A stretch of DNA of 61,526 nucleotides, counting the filler, from Chiloscyllium plagiosum (taxonomy: Eukaryota): the NCBI RefSeq assembly GCF_004010195.1. It is 3 parts of one record of this genome, joined end to end, with 100 filler letters (N's around TTAATTAATTAA, not from the genome) between each part and the next. Parts side by side here need not be neighbours in the genome. Positions count along the whole stretch, not along the records: positions 22,382 to 48,416 come from NC_057712.1; positions 48,517 to 61,526 come from NC_057712.1; 1 more part is not named here. One strand, 5' to 3'. The notes below the pieces were generated by a model. That model was not told the origin of the DNA. It did no database searches and saw only the letters and a program-made list of their open reading frames with translations. Position 1 is the stretch's first letter. Each line of letters starts with the position of its first letter. The position numbers and the translations under genes are program-made. Positions 38,355-51,065 of the stretch are shown here, in pieces.

Positions 38355-40015
38355 CAGGAAAGTCAGGGACAGCAGAAAAGCAAAAGGCAAAGCATGGAAT
38401 GTGATGAAGATTAGTGGGAAGCTAGAGGATGGGGAGGTCTTTAAAAACCAGCAGGGCATAACAACAAAAAATAAGGGTGGAAGAAGATAAAATATAAGAG
38501 GTATTTTTAGATGTATAAAAGGTAAGAGAGAGACAAGAGTGAACTTTGGACCACTGGAAAATAAGGTTGGAGAAGTAATAATGGGAAACAAAGAAATAGT
38601 GGAGAAACTGAATAAATACTTTGCATCAGTCTTCACAGTGGAAGACACCAGCAGCATACCAGAACTTCAAGAGAGTCAGGGGACAGAGGTGAATGTAGTG
38701 GCCATCACTAAGAAGACCGTGCTGGGGATGCTAAAGGGTCTAAAGGTGGGTAAATAACCTGAACCAGATGGATACCCCCATGGTTAGATTTGTCAAGCAT
38801 GACCTTCCCTTGATGAAGCTGTGTTGACTAAGGAGGTAATAAGCATGTTAGACAAGGGACATGACATAGACATGACCTATTTGGATTTCCAGAAGGCCTT
38901 TGACAAGGTGTTGCATAGCAGGTTGCTAAATAAGATAAGAGCTCACAGTGTTAGGGACAAGATACTGGCAAGGATAAGGGATTGGCTGACTGCAGAAGGC
39001 AGTGAGTGGGGATAAAAGCGTCTTGTTCAGGATGGCAGCTGGTGACTGGTGGAGTTCTACAAGATTCTTTGGTGGGACCCAACTCTTCATGTTATACCTG
39101 AATGAATTGGACAAAGGAACTGAGGGCGTTGTTGTTAAGTTTGCAGATGACACAGAGGGAGGTGGAGGGATGGGTGTTTTTGAGGAAGTGGGAGGCTGCA
39201 GAGGGACCTGGGTGGGCTAATTGACTGGGCAAAGAAGTGGCAAATGAAATAAAATATGGGAAAATTTGAGGTTATGCACTTTGGTAGGAAGCAGAGGTTT
39301 AGGTTATTTTCTAAATAGGGAAAAGCTTCAAAGGCTTCAGAAATCTGAAGCTCAAAGGGAATCCTAGTTAAGGATTTTCTCAAGGTTAACATGCAGGTTC
39401 AATTGCCAATTATGAAGTAAAATGCGATGTTAGCATTCATTTTGAGAGAGTTGGAATACAAGAACAGTGAAGTACTGCTGAGATCAGATTGCATTTGGAA
39501 TATTGTGGGCTGTTTTGGGTCTCATATCTAAGGAAGGATGTGCTGATATTGTAGGGGGTCCAGAGGAGGTTTACAAGAATGATCCTGGAGATGAAGGGCT
39601 TGTCATATGAACAATGATTGAGGACTCAACTTGATGGAGTTTAGAAGGATGGGAGTAGGGGAGTTCTCATTAAAACTTACAGAATACTGAGAGGCCTGGA
39701 TAGAGTGGATGTGGGGAAGATGTTTCCAGCACTAGAAGAGACAAGGACCTGAGGGCACAGACACAGAGTGAAGGGACAACCCCTTAGAAGTGAGATGAGG
39801 GTGAATTTCTTCAGCCAGAAGGCTGTGGAAGGCAAGAATTGAGTGTATTCAAGACTGAGAGATATAGGTTCTTGATTCTTAAGGGGGTCAAGAGTTACAG
39901 GGTGGAGGCAGGAAAATGGGGTTTAGAAACATATCCGCCATGATCAAATGGTAGAGTAGACCTTATGGGCTGAGTGGCCTAATTGTGCTTCTATATCTTC
40001 TGGTCTTATGGTCTA
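38355..40015 (+). mobile_element. CR1 LINE ORF2 fragment(s) with short inverted segment
   Basis: ORFs 38539-38757 (LNKYFASVFT), 38821-39015 (YLDFQKAFDKV) and 39002-39220 (KFADD); (tggtctta) tail; 38786-38830 is antisense RT. Confidence 0.88.
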
Positions 40016-42721
40016 AGATTGCCTGTGAGCAACTACTGTCCCCCTCCCACCCCACACACAGCTGTACACAACATACATTTCACATGCAAGACGATAAAAT
40101 TACAAATGATTTTAACACTTTGTCAGTGTATAATTGATGCTACTGGCCTTTGAAGGGCAACTTGTCAATCAAATGTGTGTTGGGATAGAAATCGAATACT
40201 GTCTCTGCCCACTGTGGATGTGACTGCTGCCATTTTCCACCCTTAGTTGAGATTTAGATATCCCGAGAACAAAGAGGCAATGCAGGTGGATACTGGGCAC
40301 CATGAATGCCAGGTTCACCTTGAACATCAGGGGTCCTCCAACCTCCACGTCCCTTTCTGCCTGGCACTCCCTGGCCAGCCCATCACCACTGAGCCCACCA
40401 CATGAAAAAATGATGACAACTCTCCTCCTAAACCCTTGAGTCTCATCCTATAGTTTAATCCTGCTCACCATCATGATGCACCTTGCTCCCGTGGTGGTGA
40501 CTGCCTATTCCTCCCTTCCACAGTATCACACATCCTGCCATGCATTACTGTCTCCCCTTCACTCCCCACTTACACGTCGAAGATCTCCCTCTTCACATCC
40601 TTATCCACTCCACTCCAGGTTGCTGCCTCCAATCCCCAGCACTGAGTTCCTCGTTTTTCTACTGCTGCATGGCCCCTTGATTTCACCCAGGACTGAACAT
40701 GGTCCAGGTGCAGATGTCTGCAGATGTGGGGGGCATGGAGTCACTGGCAATGGAGTCTGCCCTGAGATGTTCATGCCCAGTGGCCAAGATAGAGGTCCAG
40801 AGGAGCAAGTGATAAGATTGAGAGACCAAGTAAATGCTCTGACTTTCATGTCGAGAATTCCTGGTATCCCATTTCTATCAGGCAGATAGGGAATGTGAAA
40901 CTCCTTATAAATGAGGCAAAATTAGGCAGTAATGTGGATGATAATTAACAATAATCCATGCTGAAAATCCTCTAGCTACTAACAGGGGACAATCTCATCT
41001 CATCATACAACATCTCGCTTGGTAAATCAATCTTTTTGATCTGGATGTCAGGAAGGGCCTCTCTGAACATCTCGCCTAATTTTCCCAAATTTCACACCAA
41101 GGCCTGTGTCATTCAGCAGCAGGGAGGATTCTGCCTGTAGTTACGAAACATTAAACTGGATCAAGCTCTCATGTCTCAAGGTGTCTATTAGTATAGCAGT
41201 TCTGGGACAAAAATGCCAGAAGGTAGCAATCAATTTCTACAAAAAAAAAACACTGATTTCAATAAATCCAAATGTCACAACTTCAGCTAATGATATTCCT
41301 TTCTTAACATCACTCCAAGACTGAGTATATATACTTAGAAGTAAGACTTTTATTCCATGTTGCAACGTTTATCTGAAAAGTAATTTCATATATTCATATG
41401 TAAACATAATTATTAGATTCTGTGCTGTGTGTGGACTCATTGACATCTTAGCAACATTCTGGTCTTTATTTTGAAATAAGTTCCATCAGTTGTCTGGCTC
41501 TGTTACAGCTTTGATCTGGCATGGTATCCATTGCTGAGTTTTCCATGTATTTTGTCCAAAGTGCAGGTTTTCAGAGTTCCAGCATGGTGCAATAATGCAT
41601 ATGTGCGATAGAATCTTTAAATTGACTGCAACTTCAAGTCTGTGGCTACTTCCCTTGATATCATTTTGCCACAGAGATAGTTAAGTGATGCAAAAGTTGA
41701 AGACATAAATAAACTGGTCTCAAGTAGAGAATTGTCTTATCTTATAATTAGAGTAAAATCAACCCAGAAGAATTGCATGAGCCGATCTTTTACACAGAAA
41801 ACGGTGGATGGAGGTGAAAGTTTAAGGTGGTGGATGATGTTCTGATTCATCCTGGCTAGTGTTGAGATTCTTCAGTATTGCTGGAGCTGCACCAATGCAG
41901 TGAGATGGCTACCACACTTCTGATGGCTTTTGCCTTGTGGATATGAGGTCAGAAATCAGCAGAAGAACAATTGGCACACAATCCTTGTTATCTGCCGTAA
42001 TCTTTTAAAGTTTCATAATTTCCTGCTTCCTGAAGTTTTGTTCTTCAAATGGGTTCTCCAATAAAACCAATTTAGCAGCTATTATACCTGCCTATGATAT
42101 TAATGGCAATGTCATTTGGAGGTGAGGTCAGAATAATTTGGGAATTCTTTATTACTGAAGTATAAAGTGACCTACATGCTCAGCTTTTCTCCTGAAAGGT
42201 AAATTCTCTATAGGATTGTATAAGCAAAGAATCAGTTCCTTAGAAACTTTCAACACTAACCCAGCATATTCTCACCATAAGGTGCCTGTATCATTTGCTA
42301 TTATTATATATTTAAAAACCACTTCACTGTCATTATTTTTAAGTAATCCTTTACAGAGAATCTCAGCTAGGATCAGATCTGCTGGATGGCATCCATTACT
42401 ATTATCCGCAATAATAGCACTCTGTTCTCAATAGGAATAAGAAGCAATACTAATTTAGTGCTTTCAAATAAGGTAAGATTGGAAGAACAGAATGTCTGTA
42501 ATTCAAAGTGATAGAAAAGTGTTCAAATCATCCAGGAAAAGGAAGCAAATAGTTTTCAGAGCATAGCAACTATACTTGCATCATAAAATGTCAGCTGGAA
42601 GAGATTCTTCGGTAAAGACAATTTCAATATGATAACAGAGTTGTAAAATTCTCTGTCCCACCAATTGCTTTAGCAACAGACTTTGATAGAAGTTACAACA
42701 GCTGAGGAAGCAATGTGATGA

Positions 42722-42802
42722 GAAAAGAAAACAGAAATTGCTGAAGAAACACAGCAAGTCTGGCAGCGTTTAGGGGGAGAAATCAGAGTTAACGTTTTGA
42801 TA
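42722..42802 (-). mobile_element. Penelope pLTR fragment with candidate TSD
   Basis: aaacagaaattgctgaagaaacacagcaagtctggcagc...gttaacgttt; flanked by the direct repeat caatgtgatgagaa at 42711-42724 and 42813-42826. Confidence 0.65.
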
Positions 42803-44559
42803 ACTTTTTGTCAATGTGATGAGAAGTTTGCTTAGCAACTCATGGAGCAGGGCATGGAATAAATTGGAATATAATTTATGAATTTTTTTTCAGGATTAGA
42901 ACTTGGCTGTTATTGGTTAATATGAGTGTCAGTATCTTTATCAGATTCATCATATTTAGCTTCGGAGAGATGGAAAGTTAAAATGGAGAGATGTGCAGCC
43001 TGGGCCAATACACTTTCTTAAAAAAGAGAGAGATTCACATTTTAAATGTAGACCTTGCATCAGAACTGGAAGGGAACATGAACAAATTGAGCAAAGAGAA
43101 GCGATTAAAAAGTATTTGCATATATGTCTTGTTAGCAGGGATGTAAGCAGGAGGATGTGACATTTCTAATGATCAGTAATGACACACCCTGGTAAACATC
43201 TAAGCCAAGATAGACTGCTGTCACATCTCAAGATTTATACTGAGCAAGTCTAGTTAGGTAATAGGACTAGATAAAGTAAGAATTAAAATAGTTAGCCACA
43301 CTATATTTTCCATATTTAGACCGAGACATACACATACGAGCTCTTTAAATTATTAATGATTTTTTATAAACATATTTTTCCTCATTTCTGTTCTGAAGGA
43401 AGTCTAAGCATTCCAAAGCATTTATTTTTCCTCTTCACAAGCCTGACAGAAGAACAGAAAATGAACAAAGTTTGTATGAAAATCTAACAGGGCAAGAACA
43501 CAAATCAATATTGCTTGTTCCATTGGATTGTTGCTGTTATATTAGTGATCCTAGCTTTTGAAGGGTGAAATATGAGGGAAGTTTCCTGATAGACATTCAG
43601 CATTGTTGGTCTAGAATAAGCTACAGTCTAAATCCTGGATGGATGGCTGGATACTGAAAGCTGTTTGCAATGGCCGAGGAAACTGGGATGGAGCATGCTG
43701 TTTATTCCCTTGCCAGATGGACCGCCCTAATAAACCTTCCTAATTTTTCGCAGTATTGTTTAAATTACTTCTGATTTATTGACACAGATGTCTTCTTGGA
43801 AGCAAGTGCAGCTGTCGGTTTTTGGATACTAACTACATTGAAATAAATCCAACTGTTTTATTGTGGTTTGACAGAGATACTTCAGCATTCATATATCTTA
43901 TCTGAAACGGGCTTATATCAAGTTTTCCAAGGCCTTGGTTTACTAGACAGGCAAAGAAATTAAAGCTTTCCTATTCACTCCTAAATTGCTACAATCTCAT
44001 CAGGATGTGTCCTATTCTGACAAAGTGCTGTGTAATGAACCTTGTTACTGCCCATTGGACATGGTGACAATTTCAGACTAATTTGCAACTGCGAAAATAT
44101 TACCACATCCAAATCAGGATGTTACTAGTATCTTAAAAAGTCTGACAGTGGAAATTAAAGTTGCTGCAAATTACACAGTATAAATTGCAATTTTGAAAGT
44201 GGCCGCATTGTTAAATTTGATATTGTTAACTAATATGAATCAGGCTGACCACATCATTCAAATGCTGATTGGACATTGATTGATATTCCACTTTCTGAAA
44301 CCACTGTTCTCAATTGATATTGCATGTTGACAAAAGTCAAAGCACTTAACCTTCACGTTCCTCAGCAAAGTTTTGAATTTGTCCCCAAACACCTTCATCT
44401 CCAAGATCAGATATACCATTGGGCCAAATAACATCACAAATGTTACTGCTATCAAAACTGCCCAGGGAACTTGTCAAGAGATTGCAAAGCAGGGGACAGT
44501 GATAGACTCAGAAATAGACATATCCAGGATCATGATGAAACCAGTGTAATGATTCATAG

Positions 44560-44778
44560 ACAACAAAAGCAGAATTTGCTGAAGAAACTCAGCAGATCTG
44601 GCAGCATCTGTGAAGAGAAAACAGAGTTAATGTTCTTCAGTTCTGAAGAGGGGTCACTGCACTCAAAACCTTAACACTTCATTCTCTCCATAGATGCCAC
44701 TAGATCTGCTGAGTTTCTTCAGCAATTTCTGCTTTTGTTTGCTTCAGATCTGCAGCAGATACAGTTATTTGTTTCTTT
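44560..44778. mobile_element. Penelope pLTR foldback pair (older)
   Basis: aaaagcagaatttgctgaagaaactcagcagatct pairs with agatctgctgagtttcttcagcaatttctgctttt; decayed hammerhead ctgaagaggggtcactgcactcaaaac in the middle. Confidence 0.75.
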
Positions 44779-44886
44779 TAATCGTTTGCAGAACATTACA
44801 GCTTCATAGGAGAAAGGTATTTAAACTCAAGTTATATACTTGCATTGTGAATTCAAGTACAATATTCTAAAAAGGGGTTACTAGGC

Positions 44887-45169
44887 TAGATTAGATTCCC
44901 AACAAGTGCATACCGACCCTCCGAAGAGTAACCCACCCAGACCCATTCCCCTAACCTAAATTTACCCCTGACTGGGCAATTTAGCATGGCCAATTCACCC
45001 GACCTGCACATTTTTGGATTCTGGGGGGAAACCGGAGCACCCGGAGGAAACCCATGCAGACACGGGGAGAATGTGCAAACTCCACACAGAGAGTTGCCAG
45101 GGTTGAAATCGAACCTGGGCTCCTGGCGCTGTGTGGCAACAGTGCTAAACACTGAGCCACCAAGCCGCC
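44887..45169 (-). mobile_element. HE1 SINE with small deletion in the tail region
   Basis: Same V-domain as 7399 and 23798; lacks the tacagtgtggaaacaggcccttcgg block. Confidence 0.9.
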
Positions 45170-45562
45170 GCAACAAGACTAAGGTGAGATATTGCAAATT
45201 ATAACTCATTTTAGCACTCACGGACCTTATATATCCAAAGGCTTGTATCAGCCTTGAGAGAAAACGAGAATATAATGAGCTTTCTGTTGACCGGATAATT
45301 GAAAAACCTAAAATGGAACATTTCCAGACAGGAATGAAATGCAAACAATATATATAGATGTGATCGAGCAGGTAAAGAGGTTGATCATTTCTGTATGTAT
45401 CAGACATACATGGGACAGAGTTGGAACAGAGTGTCAGTCAGAATTCTTGTTTAGCCAGTCTAAGATTGAGATTGATTGAATAAATATGAAGTTAATCAGC
45501 ACAGCTGAGTCCTCCTGCGGTCAGTGTGAGGAGAATAACAACAATACAACCTCTGAGAAGGA

Positions 45563-46428
45563 GTCCTCAGATACTGAAGCAGTCCATGTTCATATGCAAC
45601 AGAATCTGGACAATATCTACGTTTCAGCTGACAAATGGCAAGTAACATTCATGCCACACAAATGCCAGGCTATGACCATCACCAATAACAGATTATCTAC
45701 AACCACCCTCTGACATTCAATAGTGTTACCATCACAGAATCCCCCACTATCAACATCCTGGGAATTACCACTGAGCAGAAACTCAATTGGACTTACCACA
45801 TAAACATAATGGCTTCAAGACCAGCTCAGAAGTTAGGAATACTGCAGTGAGTAACTTACCTCCTGACTCCCCAAAGCCTGTCCACCATCTACAAAGCACA
45901 CATCAGAAGTGTGATGCAATACTCCCCGCTTGCCTGGATGAGTGCAGCCTCAACAACACTCAAGAAGCTTGACACCATCAATGAAGCAGCCCGCTTCATT
46001 GGCACTACATCCATGAGCATCCATTCCCTTCACCCAGTGATGCCTATTAGCAGCAGTATGTACTATCTATAAGATGCACTGCAGAAATTCACCAAAGATC
46101 CTCAGACAGCACCTTTCAAACCCAAAACCACTTCCACCTGGATGGATAATGGCAGCAGATACATGGGAACACCACCACTTTCAAATTCCTCTCCAAGCCA
46201 CTCACGATCCTGACTTGGAAATATGTTGCTATTCTTTCACTATCGCTGGGTCTAAATCCTAGAATTTCCTCCCTAATGGCATTGTGGCTCAACCCACAAC
46301 AGGTGGACTGCAGTGGTTCACAAAGGCAGCTCACCACCACCTTCTCAAGGCCAATTAGGGACTGGCAATAAATGCTGGGCAGCCAGTGATGCCTACATCC
46401 CAGATATGAATATATTTCTTCAAAAAAA
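45563..46428 (+). mobile_element. L2/CR1-group LINE 3' fragment
   Basis: QQNLDNIYVSADKWQVTFMPHKCQAMTI; YKA.IRSVMQYSPLAWMSAASTTLKKLDTI; A-rich end. Confidence 0.82.
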
Positions 46429-46439
46429 TGCGAAAGTAC

Positions 46440-47995
46440 CAAAGCATCAGAGGAAGCATTATCAAGACTGCCTCCTGCATCTCTCACCAACTCAGAAACT
46501 GACATCTCACTGAGAATGCTCCCACAATCTGGTGAGCACCTCATTGCGACAGCTCCACAATTGGCTGAAGGAGAAAAGCCCCAGGCTGCTAACACATGTA
46601 ATATTCCTGGAAACCAGGTACCAGCTCAGCCCCGGGCAGGACAGGACCCAGTGGTGTCATCGATCAGAGTCTATGTCCATATACACAGGGAGAAACAGGA
46701 GCAGCAGACAGGGATGCGAGAGACAATGGCCCTCATTACCCAGAAGCTGCAGCAGTGCAGATAGCTATGTGACCATTTGGCTGCCTTCATGGACAGATTG
46801 GTGGCTACCATAGAGAGCCAGGTCCAGCATCCTTAGGGTCGGCTGGGTCTGTGCACTCACCAGCACCCAATCTCTTCAGCCACTGATCCTCAGGACCAAA
46901 GCCATGGCAACAGAGGGCTGGGAACCCAGCTGTTACAGCAGACACCCCTTCCTCACAAGGAGACCAGACAGTGCCAAGAAACACCCAACTGTGGGAAGAA
47001 CTACACACAGGTCCATCAGAAGTCTCCTCTCTGGACCTTCTAGAGTTGACCCCCTTCCTTTCACCTCAACCCAGCCTGACTCTCCTACTCACCCTCTGAA
47101 GTTCATGCTGAGGAGGGCCAATTTGCCTCTGGCACATCTGCCCTATCCAGACACAAACACTGTTGGGGTTGCCCGACCAAACATCCAGGCCCAATGGGCT
47201 CCACTGCTGAGTTTATTCCATCTACCTCAGTTGTGGAACCTGGGGCCAGGCTGCAATGTACTGGGAGGGACAGCAGAAAGGAAACGTATTGAGGGCACTT
47301 TGGTGGATTTGGGGATAATAGTTGTAATTCATTTGGTACTTCTGTATAAATGTCATCACTTTAACCTTACATCTGGTTTTTGGTCACAGTGTAAGGAGTA
47401 TTTAGATGTGCACTCACAGTGCCAAATCATACAAGGCTATGGACAATGTGGGGTTAGAATAGTTAGATGTATTTTTCTGACCAGCATGAATGCCATATCC
47501 TACATCATTCAGGCCCCTATAATTTTGCCCATGGCTGTGAAAGCATTCCCTGCAGAAAATAATATCCCATTTTGGGAAGTGTGTTGAAGAAACACCTTCA
47601 GCTTCCCAGATATAGAAGAAAATGCTGGGTGCATGTTCTTGAGCACATAAACTCCTTGCTGCAGTATTACAATGATAGCTGTTGGTGCAGCCCAAGCTGC
47701 AGCTTTGAAATGCAGACACTTCCAATAAGTAGCTCAGAGAGGTGCCATACTAGGTGGTAGAGGCTGGTGAATATCAGCTGCCAATGTCTGTGGATGTGGG
47801 GTGTGTTTGGTTGGTGCCCATACAACATGTTTTGAGAGGTTGGTGCCTGGTGTCCAACATGGACATTGTTTATAGCAAGTAGCAAATTGAATTCACCAAC
47901 TACTCACTGTGATTTTCATGTTGAGAATTGTCAGTGTCTCGTTTGTATGGTAAGTTTGGTCAGATTGAAAGCTGAATGTTAATGAGGTTTCTCTT
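46440..47995. mobile_element. Probable Harbinger-derived internal sequence (degenerate)
   Basis: Low-complexity frames (SGEHLIATAPQLAE; MDRLVATIESQVQH) reminiscent of the C-terminal part of shark Harbinger accessory ORFs; ttaatgaggt motif shared with 19783. Weak. Confidence 0.35.
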
Positions 47996-48290
47996 AATCA
48001 AACCATCATCTCCCAGACCATCCATAACCTCATCACCTCGGGTGTGGGGTGTGTTTGGTTGGTGCCCATACAACATGTTTTGAGAGGTTGGTGCCTGGTG
48101 TCCAACATGGACATTGTTTATAGCAAGTAGCAAATTGAATTCACCAACTACTCACTGTGATTTTCATGTTGAGAATTGTCAGTGTCTCGTTTGTATGGTA
48201 AGTTTGGTCAGATTGAAAGCTGAATGTTAATGAGGTTTCTCTTAATCAAACCATCATCTCCCAGACCATCCATAACCTCATCACCTCGGG
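47795..48290 (+). repeat. Exact 248-bp tandem duplication
   Basis: 47795-48042 equals 48043-48290 (tgtggggtgtgtttgg ... catcacctcggg). Confidence 0.92.
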
Positions 48291-48416
48291 GTATCTCCCA
48301 TCCACCGCCTCCAACCTCATAGTCCCACAACCCCGCACCGCCCGCTTCTACCTCCTGCCCAAAATCCACAAACCTGACTGCCCCGGCCGACCCATTGTCT
48401 CCGCCTGCTCCTGCCC
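48245..48416 (+). mobile_element. Penelope-like RT fragment running into the gap
   Basis: QTIISQTIHNLITSGYLPSTASNLIVPQPRTARFYLLPKIHKPDCPGRPIVSACSC (PLE RT motif LPKIHK...RPIVS). Confidence 0.9.
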
Positions 48417-48516
48417 NNNNNNNNNNNNNNNNNNNNNNNNNNNNNNNNNNNNNNNNNNNNTTAATTAATTAANNNNNNNNNNNNNNNNNNNNNNNNNNNN
48501 NNNNNNNNNNNNNNNN
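48417..48516. other. Artificial contig linker / assembly gap
   Basis: 44 N + TTAATTAATTAA + 44 N. Confidence 0.97.
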
Positions 48517-48672
48517 TTAGTGGTGCTGGAAGAGCACAGCAGTTCAGGCAGCATCCAAGGAGCTTCGAAATCGACATTTCGGGCAAAAGCCCTTCATCCT
48601 GATTTTGTCGATTTCGAAGCTCCTTGGATGCTGCCTGAACTGCTGTGCTCTTCCAGCACCACTAATCCAGAA
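48517..48672. mobile_element. Penelope pLTR foldback with perfect 60-bp inverted arms
   Basis: 48517-48576 is the exact reverse complement of 48606-48665; the 29-nt loop holds a truncated hammerhead core. Confidence 0.88.
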
Positions 48673-48870
48673 TAATTCCAAACTAAACTAGTCCCACCTG
48701 CCTGCTCCTGATCCATATCCATCCAAATCTTTCCTATTCATGTACTTATCCAAATGTCTTTTAAACATTGTAATTGCTCCCACATCTAGCACTTCCTCAG
48801 GAAATCCATTCTACACACGACACCCTCTGGGTAAAACATTTGCCCCTCATTTCTTTTTTCAATCTATGTA
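48672..48870 (-). mobile_element. CR1/HER1 3' end fragment
   Basis: Close match to 31610-31860 (aaactaaactagtcccacctgcctgctcctgatccatatcc). Confidence 0.8.
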
Positions 48871-50907
48871 GTCTGTAATTCCATGCTTTCTAAACTGCGT
48901 TTAACTTCTCAAACTGGCATAGTATGGCATGAACTCACTTCCTTCAGTCCCCTGGATTTACTAATCCAATAACAGAAACTTCACCTAATCTCAGCAATGT
49001 GACAATTTACCACTAATCACACCATGCATTTTAAAAATAATTCAAGTTTTGGCACTGTGTAGCCATTAGGGGTTATTTCCTGACAGGTTATGCTGAAAAT
49101 TACAAAATAAACGATCAAAATCTTCTGAGTACAATTTCTAATTTGCACACTTGGTGTTCAAAGATTCCTGGTGGGATTACAATGACAGAAAATAAAATTT
49201 GTTATATCTGACTGTGCTAAAATAGTTTCAAAATTACAGTCAACAAATTAGATTACTCTTTCTCTCCAGTCTTCAGTTTCCCTGACAGATGGTAGAGTAT
49301 TTATTCTTTGGTACGGTTTTGAGGACGCTAGGACTATCTTGCCCAAGAGGTTATTCTTCACGTCTACATCTAAGTAAAATCAACAGGTTATTTTACCAAA
49401 TGGAAGCAATGCAGTTCAGTTTCATCTGCTCTTCACCCATCATGGAGCACAATTCCATCCTATTCCTGGATAATGAGGCCAAAGCTAATCGCTCATAATC
49501 AAGCTAAAATCAGTAACACAGTTTAACCCAGGGTTAAATCTTCTAGATCAATGTCATTCAAAGCAATGTATTAACCTCACCCAGTCTCAATCATTAATCA
49601 AGGCCACATGGAATTTAGTCAACCAAATTTGCCATCTGGACTACCCTCCAAATGGGAACAATTACCCTTCAAAAATCAGATTCACCTAGAAAATGCCTAA
49701 AATGATGGAAAATAACCAGTGAAGATTAACAAAAGCATGCAGAAAATTTAAACTATGAAGAAACAGATATCCTAATTATACAGCCAGGAAAACATTATAA
49801 GAAGCTTTTTCCCTCGGCTGAGACCTACGTGCAATGTCGCAACAATACAAAACCCTGCATTCATGGTGCAGTTTCCAAACTGAATGTGGTTTCTACATCA
49901 TGGCAAAGTATGAAGGGGAAAAGACAAACAGCAGGATGTCCTAAAATGAACTCATGGAGAGAAAGAAATAGTCAAAGATTTCCTGGTCTGCCAAGTAAAT
50001 GTTGGCAAGAACATCCAGCACAGTAGAATTAATAGGGTGTGGGTGCACAAGTTTGTTGTGCATAGAACAAGCATTTCAAAATGTTCACTGGTTAGTCCTT
50101 ATGCAAGAACATACCTTTCACATACACACCCAATAAACATCAAATGTTACCAGAGGCCAATATTTACTTTAGATTATTTCTTGTCAATGCCTATGTACTG
50201 AAACTGTTCTGAGATATATGATTTTAATGCATCATATACATCATTTGCAAATGTACAAACTAATTAGCAATAAGGTTTTCTCCAAATGACTTCTTTTCTC
50301 AATAGTAACAGAGATCACATTGTACCTTCAGTTGAATGTGCTGTTTCGAATTCCTGCCCCCACTGTTTTAATGGTGTCATTGAATCTATCCAAAGTAAAC
50401 GGGATGAAGCCTTCATGAGAATTGTAAAGAGAGGAATTTAGTGCAAGCACATAGAGAATATGCACAATACATTAACCAACAATTTCCATGCTGTGCTCAG
50501 ACAAGGCTGCCAAAGAATAACCCACTAACTCTGTTTACACTTTTAAGAACTACAAGACAATACAGACATTTAAGTACTGCTATGCCACTAGGTAAGTTAT
50601 TTTTTAAAATGTATTTATAATGTTTTTTAAAGAACTTATACTACTCTGCATTCATTCTCAGAGAAAACTGATGGTAGATACTAGTGGTCAAAAACACCAT
50701 CAACAGTGTAGCTCAAACATCCAAATCAATTCAAACTATTCGTATCCTTTCAGCTTTACAGTTGGATTTGTGGTTTATTTGTAGCAAATGTCGACTGATA
50801 TTTTCAAAGATACGTCTTAGTCTGAGTACATGAAAATAAATACAAGCTTCAATCTAAGTCTTAAGATTATTCTCATGAGATAGACTGGGAAAGATCAGGA
50901 AGATACT

Positions 50908-51065
50908 GACACAGGGAATTCTGGGAAAGCTCAGCAGGTTTAGCAACATCCATGGAGAGAGAAATAGATTTAATGTTTCGAGTCTGGTATAACTCTTCTT
51001 CAGAAACATCCTCCAGCATTTTCTGCACTTGTTCCAGATCTCTAGTATCTGGGACATTTTGCTTG
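50908..51065. mobile_element. Penelope pLTR-derived insert with near-intact hammerhead core on minus strand (50972-51003)
   Basis: Minus strand CTGAAGA-A-GAGT-tataccag-ACTC-GAAAC-ATT; stem II sequence differs from the GGGC/GCCC family but still pairs. Confidence 0.65.

Noticed and set aside
46904..47587. 227-aa ORF as a host gene
   Set aside because: No recognisable domain or splice context; it lies in probable transposon-derived sequence.
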